The notes under the pieces: generated by a model
The model's database searches: none
Told to the model about the DNA's origin: nothing
What the model saw: the letters and a program-made list of their open reading frames with translations, nothing else
NCBI GenBank assembly: GCA_905182635.1
Contig: CAJJCM010000026.1
Location: 3,568-67,567 of the forward strand
Source: an uncultured Candidatus Poseidoniales archaeon
GTDB lineage: Archaea; Thermoplasmatota; Poseidoniia; Poseidoniales; Poseidoniaceae
Reading direction: 5' to 3'
Length of the DNA stretch: 64,000 bases
Part shown: positions 19,818 through 30,000 of the stretch, one piece after another
How the letters are laid out: each line of letters starts with the position of its first letter
How positions within the stretch are numbered: position 1 is the stretch's first letter
Translations under genes and position numbers: made by a program

Positions 19818-20696
19818 TTGCATCCTAACTATGCGGTTTCTTCAAAGGCCGCTCGCGCTCGGTGCATATTGATTCAGATGGTCATGACTCTTACGCATCT
19901 TGGTACAGGGAGTCGCGGGAACGCGACTTTGCTCGAAACTGAGCAGGCAAAAGTATTGATTGACCAAGGATTCAGCGGAGCACAACTGGAAAAAAGACTG
20001 GGGCGATTGAATATTCACCCGACTGAACTTGATTTTATTTTCATCAGCCACCACCATGGAGACCACGGCGGAGGTGCGGCAGTAGCGCAAAAACGTTGGG
20101 GAATTAAGATTCAAGCAAATCATCGAACCGCTGATGAACTCGGCCTACTTCCGGAACTCACGCACTATTTCGAATCGTTAGACATGATTCATGTCAGTCA
20201 AGATTTAGCAATTCTCCCCGTCCCAGTACCTCATTCTGGTGCTGATAATGTCGCCTTCATCGCCAGCCATAATGGTGGCCGAGCAGCAGTGATTACAGAT
20301 CTTGGTTCTTGGACAGATGAATTGGTCACTCACGTTCGAGGCTGTGAACACATCGCCATTGAAGCAAATTATGACCATAATCGCTTGATGAACGGACCTT
20401 ACCCCTACTCACTGAAAGACCGAATTAGTGGCCGTGGAGGGCACTTATCCAATGACCAAACAGGACAATTTCTTGCCCAGGTTTGCACCCCTGCTACGAA
20501 GAGCATTTCTCTTACACATTTATCTGAGAAAAATAATCAGCCACACCTCGCTGAATCGACGGTCTTGTATCATATCGATGAAGTATTTACTGGAGATATT
20601 TCAATATCGCTTCAAGATGGCCCTGAATGCTCCCACTATATCGGCAAGAGTGAGCAAGTCGAGCCATCCAACGCACTCAATCCGACGCATCGGTAA
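19818..20696 (+). CDS. MBL-fold metallo-hydrolase (metallo-beta-lactamase superfamily)
   Basis: HxHxDH motif (SHHHGDHGGG), LGTGS N-terminal motif, and downstream His/Asp ligands. The start may be the internal ATG (MVMTLTHLGTGS) near 19881. Confidence 0.8.
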   Translation: MHPNYAVSSKAARARCILIQMVMTLTHLGTGSRGNATLLETEQAKVLIDQGFSGAQLEKRLGRLNIHPTELDFIFISHHHGDHGGGAAVAQKRWGIKIQANHRTADELGLLPELTHYFESLDMIHVSQDLAILPVPVPHSGADNVAFIASHNGGRAAVITDLGSWTDELVTHVRGCEHIAIEANYDHNRLMNGPYPYSLKDRISGRGGHLSNDQTGQFLAQVCTPATKSISLTHLSEKNNQPHLAESTVLYHIDEVFTGDISISLQDGPECSHYIGKSEQVEPSNALNPTHR

Positions 20697-20706
20697 TCTC
20701 TCGAAT

Positions 20707-20726
20707 CACCCCCCTAAGGGGGGGTG
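20707..20726 (+). terminator. GC-rich hairpin (8-bp stem CACCCCCC/GGGGGGTG, 4-nt loop) 11 nt after the MBL stop codon and upstream of the pilin-like operon. A transcript-processing or attenuation element is possible.
   Basis: Palindrome cacccccc-taag-ggggggtg read directly from the sequence. No T-tract follows. Confidence 0.3.
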
Positions 20727-20743
20727 TGAAGGTCAATGGCTAA

Positions 20744-21829
20744 ATGATGCCAAAGGGTGTGCCAACTGTGAACGCACATTCAAGCACCGTTTTGCGCCCG
20801 TCCCTTCGCCGGGAACAAAGGGCTGTGAGCGAAGTGCTTGGCGTGGTCATGATGCTCGCTATGGTGATTACAATCATGGGTGGTGTCTGGGTCTTTTTGA
20901 ATCCATACATCTCTGACTTTGAGGATAACACAAATTGGAACAGTGCAAATGGTATTGCTGAACGATTCCAGGATCGTATCGACGTTGCTGGAAGCGCCCC
21001 TGAAGGCACGGGTATTCGCCATACACTTGCGTTGCAATCAACCATGATTCAGCCGATTGAAAAAGTCGAAACGTGGACGATTGCTGCTGATTTGACTCCA
21101 TACGATGCAGTGACTGTTCGGGATGCAAACAGTTCAACTCTTGGGATTTTAGCGATGAATGAAACCGCTCGGAGTATCTCTGTTGAGACTGAAACGGGTA
21201 CTGAACATTATTTCTTCAACTCTTCACGCCAAGAGGTATTGATAACGCACACATCATCTCGACAACATTGGATGTCAGTGACTGTTTTTAATGCCGATGG
21301 AATTGCCCTCCACCGGAGTGTATCATACATCGTTTCGGGTATTCAAATCTCGACTTCTTTAGGACTCGGAGAGCATCAGATTGCTTTGATGAATGAAGCA
21401 CGAGTTGAGCGGTTCCCGAATGAGCCATGGCGGGTCACGCGATTCCCAAACCTCGAAATCGATACGTTGGTCAACGGTGAGTTCCGACTTTCATTGGTTC
21501 TCAATGATGTTACGATTAATGGCACACTCGGTTCGGGAAACAAAGTTGGTATGACTATGATTTCACTCGGACCGATGATGCTGTTCACTGGACATGCCTA
21601 TAATGTCAAATTTACAGTCATCAATGCCCTCAATGATTTAGTCACTCCCCAATACCATGACCGAATGCTTGACGAATACACTTTGAATCGAGCATCGGGA
21701 ACATTGGACACTTACATCGGATATGCCCCCTTTATGCGTGCAAGTGGCGCTGATGGATTTACCGTTGAAACTCAAGGCGCACAATTATTCTTAGAAGTTG
21801 ATGTCAAACGTGTGGAGGTTTCCAGATGA
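20744..21829 (+). CDS. Archaeal type-IV-pilin-like protein (class-III signal peptide) 1
   Basis: N-terminus RREQRAVSEVLGVVMMLAMVITIMGG matches the archaeal pilin N-terminal domain pattern: [KR]-[AG] followed by a hydrophobic helix, as in RAVSPVIGVILMVAI. The alternative GTG/TTG starts would give a short leader. The stop overlaps the next gene's start (ATGA). Confidence 0.65.
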   Translation: MMPKGVPTVNAHSSTVLRPSLRREQRAVSEVLGVVMMLAMVITIMGGVWVFLNPYISDFEDNTNWNSANGIAERFQDRIDVAGSAPEGTGIRHTLALQSTMIQPIEKVETWTIAADLTPYDAVTVRDANSSTLGILAMNETARSISVETETGTEHYFFNSSRQEVLITHTSSRQHWMSVTVFNADGIALHRSVSYIVSGIQISTSLGLGEHQIALMNEARVERFPNEPWRVTRFPNLEIDTLVNGEFRLSLVLNDVTINGTLGSGNKVGMTMISLGPMMLFTGHAYNVKFTVINALNDLVTPQYHDRMLDEYTLNRASGTLDTYIGYAPFMRASGADGFTVETQGAQLFLEVDVKRVEVSR

Positions 21830-24036
21830 GATCGAGTATGCAGCGAAATGAAGAGGCAGTTTCAGCAGCGGTTGCAACCGTATTGTTATTCGGTGGAGTC
21901 GTGTCAATTATTGCGATGATGATGGTCTCAATGATCCCAGTCATCGAAGAACTTGAGGGGTCAATCGAACGGCATGATATGTCATCTCAAATGACGCTCT
22001 TAGCACATCAAACTGCAGCACTTAGTGAAACGGGGATGCCTGGTGACTCAACTGAAATTGAATTGGTTCCTGTCGATGGGACGCTCAATTGGAACATGAT
22101 GCAGAGCAGCATGTGGTATTCTGCTACATGGGTCGATGATACAAGCTTCCGAGTACAAGGGGCCCTTGACTACGATGATGAATTCAGTGTCCGTCACCCG
22201 GAATCAATGAATACGGCAGTTTGTGTTGATGACCTACGACTTGGTCCTGCAAATCCGTACATGTTCACCATCCCTGAATGGGCGGAAAGTGTCTCGATGA
22301 CTGCATCACCCGGACTTGCACTCCCCCTTGGCCCCATTGAAATTGAAATTTGGAATCAGTCTGTCAAAGAATCTGAACGTGAACTCATGGTTGATGGGAT
22401 GTATACACTTGATGCCAGTTCATACGGTGAAATCGTCATCCACTCATCTCACCAACTTCATCTTCTGATTTCCAGGGGAGATGGTGGCACTGCACTCATG
22501 CAGGCAAATGACCCAAGTCCTGTTGATTCTACCGGGACCTCCTGGTCACTCCCATTACCGAGTGGCACCAGCAAAATTCATGTTGTGAGCGAAGTGGCCA
22601 ATCAAATCATCGTGACAAACCAAACTTCAACTTCCTATTACGCATTACCATCGAATCAGAATCGTGTTGGTGTGACATTCAATCATCAATTCTCTCTTGA
22701 TTCTGCCGAAGTGATACACATCACGACAAGTGCACCTTCACGGTTAGTCGTTCAGACGAATATTGAGTCTGATGTAGGGCAAATTGCTTGGCCAAGTGTC
22801 GATGGGCAATTCCTTGGGCATTCCTTTGTTACTCCTTCTCTCGAGGGCGAGTTCGTCTTCACCAACCCAGGTTTAAACAGCGTAACCGTCACTTGGAGAG
22901 GTGGGGGTCTTTCTGTCGCACCAAATCAGAGTGTGATATTCGATTGGCCACCAGCAGAAATTGATGGGGCGCCGATGCTCGATGCCAATGGTGATCTGTT
23001 CGTTTCATGGCGACGAGATACCAACGGTTCCGGATTACAAGTTATTCCGGCTGATGATACGGGTGCGTTATCTGGCCAATTTCACACACTCCATGTTGAT
23101 GGCACCAACGTCAACAAAATTCATCTTGCGCGAGCAGGAATTGATGCGAAATGGAACTTGACGGGAAGCACGACCTCGAATGGTACTCTTTACGATGAAG
23201 TAACCCAGGCGACTTTGAATCTCAATCAAGGCCTCAACCAAATGGAAATAGAGGATGGTCATGCGCTTCGGCTGTATCATTTACGGGGTCAAGATGGACT
23301 CATACAAGTTCGTCATGATGGTGCTCAACGCTGCCTATCCATCAATGTCCAGGCAAGTGGTTGGATCTCATCCCAACTACCGTGGCAATCGATGAGTGGA
23401 AGAAGTCAAGTCGACCTAAAAAATGCTTGGAGAGCAGGAACGCACCCTGCAAGTATGCAAATCACCTTGATCGGTGTAGATGGTGCCTCAACACATGCGA
23501 ACTTGGGTACCGTTTGGGGATTCCATCTCTCACGTCTTAGTTATGAGTTTAGGTCCTCAATAGTGGGGATGGAAGTGGCATATGTAGGAGGTGCTGTCGT
23601 GACCAACCATCCCGAATTTGAGCCTTATATCATCGTCCCACCTTCCGATCGAGGTGGCCCCGGTCCGAGATTTGCTGCAACCATCCCTTCACTTCATCCA
23701 ACACAATACAGTGTAAGTGGATCAGGGAGTATGAATTTGGATATCGAACTCGCTGACCGTTCATCACTTGCATCCGCAACGGCCTTTGAGGTGCGCAGGG
23801 GGTGGTCAAACCCCTATGGTGTAGCGATTGCTGATGCTTCTGCAGACGGTCTAGAATCAAGTGAAGACTGGACGATTTACCCCGGGAGGATTGACTTGCT
23901 TACCGATTATGTAGGATGGGTCCCTGACCCCTCTTACGCTACTTCGGAAGCAATTTGGCACACCAATGGTCAACCAATTCAATTTACCTTACAAATAGCT
24001 TCACTGAATGCACACATGACCGAGGTGATTTCATGA
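21826..24036 (+). CDS. Large (736 aa) archaeal pilin-like or pilus-associated protein with a class-III signal peptide
   Basis: N-terminus MQRNEEAVSAAVATVLLFGGVVSIIAMMMV. ATGA overlaps with both neighbouring genes indicate translational coupling. Confidence 0.65.
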   Translation: MRSSMQRNEEAVSAAVATVLLFGGVVSIIAMMMVSMIPVIEELEGSIERHDMSSQMTLLAHQTAALSETGMPGDSTEIELVPVDGTLNWNMMQSSMWYSATWVDDTSFRVQGALDYDDEFSVRHPESMNTAVCVDDLRLGPANPYMFTIPEWAESVSMTASPGLALPLGPIEIEIWNQSVKESERELMVDGMYTLDASSYGEIVIHSSHQLHLLISRGDGGTALMQANDPSPVDSTGTSWSLPLPSGTSKIHVVSEVANQIIVTNQTSTSYYALPSNQNRVGVTFNHQFSLDSAEVIHITTSAPSRLVVQTNIESDVGQIAWPSVDGQFLGHSFVTPSLEGEFVFTNPGLNSVTVTWRGGGLSVAPNQSVIFDWPPAEIDGAPMLDANGDLFVSWRRDTNGSGLQVIPADDTGALSGQFHTLHVDGTNVNKIHLARAGIDAKWNLTGSTTSNGTLYDEVTQATLNLNQGLNQMEIEDGHALRLYHLRGQDGLIQVRHDGAQRCLSINVQASGWISSQLPWQSMSGRSQVDLKNAWRAGTHPASMQITLIGVDGASTHANLGTVWGFHLSRLSYEFRSSIVGMEVAYVGGAVVTNHPEFEPYIIVPPSDRGGPGPRFAATIPSLHPTQYSVSGSGSMNLDIELADRSSLASATAFEVRRGWSNPYGVAIADASADGLESSEDWTIYPGRIDLLTDYVGWVPDPSYATSEAIWHTNGQPIQFTLQIASLNAHMTEVIS

Positions 24037-24509
24037 ATAAAGTTTCATTGAAGCATGACGAACGTGCAGCGGCAACTGAGTTGGGATATATTTTTACTTT
24101 CCTTCTTGGAGTATTACTTCTTACCATGTTCAGTTTATGGGCGTATGATATCGAAACTGCGACACGGGAACGATGGAATGAAAATGCTATCCGTTCAAAT
24201 TTAGATGACATCGCTGCAGCGGTGGAAAGAGCAGATGAAGCAAGTCGGATGGGTTCGGTGGAGTACGCAGAGAAAGTGACGTGGCGATTAACTGAAGCAG
24301 ATGAATATCGAATGACACTTATTTTGACTGACACATCAATTGAGTTGATTGATGATGGAGGTACTTTGGATACAAATGTTTCAATTTCAGGTACGGGTAC
24401 TGGAATCCACCACGGCACAGTTGTTCTTGCCGGAGTCACATCTGTATGGATTGTTCACTCGGATGGTATTACATCTTTGCAATACGATAGACCTCAATCA
24501 AATGATTGA
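24033..24509 (+). CDS. Small pilin-like protein (putative class-III signal peptide), third gene of the operon
   Basis: Start MNKVSLKHDERAAATELGYIFTFLLGVLLLTMF: a charged residue, then small residues, then a hydrophobic helix. ATGA overlap with the upstream gene. Confidence 0.5.
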   Translation: MNKVSLKHDERAAATELGYIFTFLLGVLLLTMFSLWAYDIETATRERWNENAIRSNLDDIAAAVERADEASRMGSVEYAEKVTWRLTEADEYRMTLILTDTSIELIDDGGTLDTNVSISGTGTGIHHGTVVLAGVTSVWIVHSDGITSLQYDRPQSND

Positions 24510-24510
24510 T

Positions 24511-27036
24511 TCATCGACCCATGACTGCGGAATGAACTTGAGCTTGAACTTCTCGCATTCTCGATTTTGCACCGAGTTCTCTGAACACTGACAATGCCCT
24601 CTGCAAGTATTCCATTCGACGAGGTTTGTCAGTCGCAACTCCGCCAAGGCGTGAAAGTAATTCTCCGATTTGCATACGGAGATCATTTGCCTCAGCAATA
24701 ACCAATGCTTCCCGATAATGTTCCATTGCTTCTTCTGCCCGACCTGAATCCTGCAAAACTTCACCGAGCAGAATTGTGATTTCAACCAACGATAATAAGT
24801 CACCTGATTGACTCATAGTTTCGAGTGCTATCGAGTAATGATGGGAGGCTACATCCCCATCCCCGACTTTAGCATAGTATCGACCAAGTACAGCTTGGGC
24901 ACGAGCATGCAACAAGACATCATCTCCGCCATCGGTATTTTCGAATGCTTGGAGTGCATGGCTTCTGGCTCGGTCTATTTCGCCGAGTTCAATGAATGCC
25001 CGGGCAAGAGTAAGTTGAGTCCCAATGAGTTCTGTATCATTTGAGCCTTGTAAAATAGTCTCGACTTCACCGTAGGCTTCCAATGCTTTGGGGATGTCAT
25101 TCTTCCGACGGAGTAAATATCCCATATTATTGTAGGAACGTGCTGCACCTTTTGCATCTCCGAACTGAATAAACTTCTCAAGTGCATCATGATGCATAAC
25201 GAGTGCTTTGTCCGTATCACCTTGTTTGAGAGCGATGTCAGCCAAAGCGGAGAGGACTTCAGCATCAAGGCGTGTCACCTTGGAGGTTGATCCGAGCGAT
25301 TGTATTGAGAGGAATGCTTCTTCCGCTTCCAAAAATCGACCAAGCAGGACCAGGATTTCACCCTGGAGTTGTAAAACACGCATTTGAACCTGTGAATCAA
25401 GTGATTCAAGAGAAAGACCTTCCATCAGCCCAAGTAATTCCATGTGGCCTTGAGCAACGAGGTCTCTCCCTTCATCGGCGATGAGTAATGCTGCATCTCC
25501 ACCCTCTCCTGAGCGAATGAGATGAAAAATGCGCTCTATTACAATACCTGCAGAAGGGTTTTGTTTTTCATACCATATGCAACATTTTGCGTGAAATTCT
25601 TTCTTTGTATTTTCATCAAGGCTACGCAAGAGAAACTCTCGAATTAAATCGTGAACATCGTAAAAATCTACATCGCCTTGTCGTGCAAGGCCTTGTTCAA
25701 CCAATGCATCGAGTTCATCGGTATCCAAACCTTGCTCAGCGAGTGCACTCAAAACTACAGGTTCTCGATAAATTGCAAGTGCAGAGAGTACACGCTTTTG
25801 TTCAGCACTCAATTTTGAAAAGATTTCAACAGCGACATAATTTTCCAATGTCTCATGGAATGCGCCTGCCGAAGCACCTCGGTTGATGAGTTCCAATACA
25901 AGTGGGTGTCCTCGGGATAAACCGTGAATATGCAGCCATTGCTCGTCATCGAGGTCTACGAAACTGCTCAAAAGCTGCCGCCCAGCATCAGAATCGAGGC
26001 CATCGAGTGGAAGAACTAAACTTGCAATTCGTCCTTCTGCATCTTTGGTGGGGACAACTGGTTTGAAGGAACGTGAAAAGATGACAAGGCCAATTTCTTC
26101 TTCACTCCCCAGCAAAGCGAGCGACATCGCTTGGAATGTTTGATGGAGTGTTGTATCTGCGACTTTATGAAAGTCATCAATGACGATCAAGGTTGGAGTT
26201 CCCTCTAGAGAGTCAACCAGTAAACGTGCAGCATCAGCGGGTTGAGGTACCGGTGTTGCAGCCAAATAATCTGCAAAAGTCGAATCACCGATGTTCGCTA
26301 ACCAATCAGCAACTGCCTCAAAAAAGGAACGTGAACCTTCCCAATCTTGACATCGATGATATAAGAGATTTCGTCGATGCATAAACCGCTCGATTAATTT
26401 TGATGCAATCGTAGTTTTACCAATTCCAGCAATTCCTGGCACCAATAAAGTGGTAGCTCGTGCATCGATAAGGCTCGCCATATTGTCCATCTCTTTTTCC
26501 CGGCCATAGAAATGTCGCAGCCGTGGCAAATCTCCAAGCGATGTTACTAGTTGTTTTTCAACGTGTTTTGAAAGATCTCTCTCGACCAAGTCAGCAGACA
26601 AGATACGGGTATCCAATACACAATTATCATCCATGTAGCGGATGATATCAACAGGTCGCATTGAGAAGTCAAGATGGTCATTGATTTCACCCAAAGTAGA
26701 ATTAATAATTACCCCATCTTCCATGATGCTACGTAATTGGAAACTCCGTAACCGTACCCAAGTCTCCTCTGAAACATTGATTCCTGGGTCTGTCAAAAAG
26801 TACGCCTTCCGTTTTCGAGAAACGCCTGAAACATGGGCTTGGCGTTCAATCAAGAGGCCTTGGTCTTTCAATCCCGCAATTGCACGAGGAACATTTGACC
26901 GAGCGATTGCCACAGCATTGGCAATCCCCATCTGTGAAAGGGCAAATGGCACCTCGACGCTACTCTTGAAGTCGGAGTAATCAAGCAAATGCAAGAGTAT
27001 TCTCTCTTGCACTCCAGGTTTCGGTTGAAGAGCCAT
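24511..27036 (-). CDS. STAND-like regulator with an N-terminal winged-helix DNA-binding domain, a P-loop NTPase domain and C-terminal TPR repeats
   Basis: Winged-helix-like N-terminus (GIANAVAIARSNVPRAIAGLKDQGLLIE). Walker A GIAGIGKTT. Walker B LIVIDDFH. C-terminal half made of TPR-like repeats (ALEAYGEV..., ARSHALQAFE..., AMEHYREAL...). Confidence 0.8.
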   Translation of the reverse strand: MALQPKPGVQERILLHLLDYSDFKSSVEVPFALSQMGIANAVAIARSNVPRAIAGLKDQGLLIERQAHVSGVSRKRKAYFLTDPGINVSEETWVRLRSFQLRSIMEDGVIINSTLGEINDHLDFSMRPVDIIRYMDDNCVLDTRILSADLVERDLSKHVEKQLVTSLGDLPRLRHFYGREKEMDNMASLIDARATTLLVPGIAGIGKTTIASKLIERFMHRRNLLYHRCQDWEGSRSFFEAVADWLANIGDSTFADYLAATPVPQPADAARLLVDSLEGTPTLIVIDDFHKVADTTLHQTFQAMSLALLGSEEEIGLVIFSRSFKPVVPTKDAEGRIASLVLPLDGLDSDAGRQLLSSFVDLDDEQWLHIHGLSRGHPLVLELINRGASAGAFHETLENYVAVEIFSKLSAEQKRVLSALAIYREPVVLSALAEQGLDTDELDALVEQGLARQGDVDFYDVHDLIREFLLRSLDENTKKEFHAKCCIWYEKQNPSAGIVIERIFHLIRSGEGGDAALLIADEGRDLVAQGHMELLGLMEGLSLESLDSQVQMRVLQLQGEILVLLGRFLEAEEAFLSIQSLGSTSKVTRLDAEVLSALADIALKQGDTDKALVMHHDALEKFIQFGDAKGAARSYNNMGYLLRRKNDIPKALEAYGEVETILQGSNDTELIGTQLTLARAFIELGEIDRARSHALQAFENTDGGDDVLLHARAQAVLGRYYAKVGDGDVASHHYSIALETMSQSGDLLSLVEITILLGEVLQDSGRAEEAMEHYREALVIAEANDLRMQIGELLSRLGGVATDKPRRMEYLQRALSVFRELGAKSRMREVQAQVHSAVMGR

Positions 27037-27095
27037 ATTCTTTACTCCCTCTTATCTCCTCTTCAATACTTCCGGTTCAATGAACCATAGATGCG

Positions 27096-30000
27096 TCACT
27101 GTTCAGGAATATAATTTGGGTCTGGAACCCAGTTATTCGAATCTGCATCCCATATCCATCCCGGATGTTGGGCAACATGTGGTGTAGCAGAAACTTGTTG
27201 CTGAACCACCGCAGGAGTCGTTGGAACCTGTGCCGGAGGAATGCTAACGAGCTCTTTACGGGCTTTTGCCCAAGCATACGGGTCTGCAGTCACCTGTTCT
27301 TCAGCAGCCATCAACTCTGCCTCTTCATCAAGGTCGTCGTATTCGACTTGGAAGAAGAACATTCCAGCACCCAAGAGAATGATCACTCCGACAATAATTG
27401 CCAAAATCCATCCGAAGTTTGAACTCGAGGCCTCTCCATCTCCAACACTGAGTTGAAACATAGCTTCGGAATTTTCACCGGGCAATCTAAAGACTTGGTC
27501 ATCCATTTCGAAAATGATGTTACGCGACCCTTCATTTCCAGCGAGTTGATTACTTGAGATTTCCATACTCCAAGTAGCATCAGCATTGACACGTGTTGAG
27601 TTAAGTCTCAGACCGCTCAAACTATCGTAGCGTGCTTCAATGACGCTGTTTGGTAATCCTTGACCGCTGAAATAGGCTGGCGAACCAGGGCCTAATGGGC
27701 CGTCTCCATCTCGTGTGACGGTGAATGACACTTCAACGACAATTATGTTTACTTTGGCAGAAAATGCTACCGAATCATAGGAATCTCTGGCTTCAAACAT
27801 CAAACCTATAAGCGACCATTCTGAAATATCGTCAGGAAGACCTGTTACAAATGCAGGATTATATTTCACAACTCCATTCGCGTCAAATGTTAGATAATTC
27901 ACGTAATCGTCATCTTCAAAGTTTCCTGGATCGTCATAGACATCGAAGGTGAGTCCATTTGTACTACTACTCACAGGGCCATCAGGGTCAGAAAAGTGAT
28001 CAGTCAAATCGATGCTAATTCCACTATTACAGCGATCTTGTTTTTGTGTATTTGAATCACAGAAAAGAGTAATTGTACTTACCCAATTTGAGTAGTTGAA
28101 CTCCGGGATGAGGTTGTCTGCATCACTCGGATTGTCGATGGTGATTCGGATACTGGATTCCACCGAGTAACTCTTCCCATCCCATGATTTGATGAACAAT
28201 TCATATTGTTGGTCGTGTATAAGATTAGAAGTGTCCCAGGTCGTCTGCCATCCGCCGTTTGGGGCGAAAGTAGTGACTGGGTCCGGGCCGTTATTGATTT
28301 TGGCCCCACTGGCTAAATCATAGATTGTTATTTCAACTCGGGTTACCAAACCATCGTTGTCAAAAGCCCAACCCTCAATCAATTGAGTTTCATTGGCGCG
28401 AAGAATATCGTTGAGTACAGGAGAATTCACTGTGACAAATGGAATTGCGTTTTCAGTGTTCACGCTAATTGTGCGGCTTTCATAGGCACAATCCATCCAA
28501 CTGCTCTTAAGATTACAGAAATCACTGTCAGATGCCCAAATACGGAAAGTATAATCTCCAGTTTGTAATTCTTGGAACATCCAGTCATATGCCCAGGCAG
28601 TTGAACCAGGGATATCAAAATTAGCAGTGTAATCATTTGGCCCGTTAATATCAAACCAAATTGAATTGATGTCACTGCCCCAAGTACCTGAATAGGGGTC
28701 GCTCGCAGTGCCCGTGAATGTCACTTTGGCATTGTCGTGGAAAGTTCCATCATTTGGAGTATTAACCAAAATGCTTGGAGCAACGAGATTGAGTTTGTAC
28801 TTCCGGACTTCCACTGGAGAGTAATCCAATCCGTCATATGAACGAACGCGGAATGTCACATCGCCTTCACCTTCTGGGTGAGCAGACATCTCCCAATCAA
28901 AGTTCCAGGTCTTGAAAGGATGATTCGATTTTGTAATCATGCCGGCAGCACCTGATACATCAATTGCAGAATACCAATCACTTGAACCAGGAGGTTTAAC
29001 TTCAACTCGCTTGATAATACCAAATTGATTTTGATACGCAACGAAGTCAGAATTGCCGTAAGGTCCGGAGATGCCGTCCCATGAAGTACCTGTTAACGTA
29101 ACAGTTGTCGCAAATGAGAATCCATCGTTTTGTGTGACGGTTACGCTCGGTTTGAGGTTATCAAGATTGATCACATCATCAATTGAGCCACTGAGAACAA
29201 AGTCGAATTCCTTTTGCCCTTTACCAAACATGTAAGCTTCTACAAAGTAAAACGGCAATTCGCGGCCATTGGTACAATCGGCATCTTCAGAATCCACTTT
29301 TGTATCGCCGTCATTGTCATAGCCGTCTGCACAAGAATTCTCATCGAGCCAGACAGCAGGAATGGTATTATCATCCTGAACTCGGACATTAAGTTCACCG
29401 ACCAAATGATTCCAATCCCGGTCAAGTAAGAAATCTGAAGGAAGGGATACTTCAGGTGTAAATCCAAAGGCGTCTGTTGTAAGGGTGTAGAGCGGCAAAC
29501 CTGTTGCATCACGAATGATCACTGTTGCATCGACAACGTTGCTGTTCTTTGCTTTGACTTGGTAACGCACCAGTTCACCTTCTCGAACTTGACTTCCCCA
29601 AGCCGAGTTTTGATTTTGCACATGGATTTTAGATGAATCAAAATTCTGTAAATTCGCATATGAGAACACAGTGGAATTCTCTATGACTTCAAGGGCCATT
29701 GGCATAAAAGCCGGAGGCATAAGGGAAGTCGATGGAACCAATAGACATTCTGCGAGGATTAACGGGCATTCTGGACTGAGCCAACTCAGTTGAACTGGAT
29801 ACAATTCATTGCCACCAGCATCCGGAATAAATTCCGATTGAACAATAACTCGTGATTCAGTAATATTGTAGACTTGGGAGGCATTTGTATACGTATTACC
29901 GGAGAAGTACGCAATAGAGCCATACTTGCTGCCAGCGTTATCATCATAATGAGAAATATTTACCGCAAATCCTGTAACTTCGATTGTATTTCTCTGAGCA

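Noticed and set aside
24511-27036. STAND NTPase considered as an Avs-like antiviral defence protein
   Set aside because: The N-terminus is a winged-helix DNA-binding domain rather than a nuclease, protease or other effector domain. Kept as a regulator hypothesis, with the defence alternative noted in the findings.
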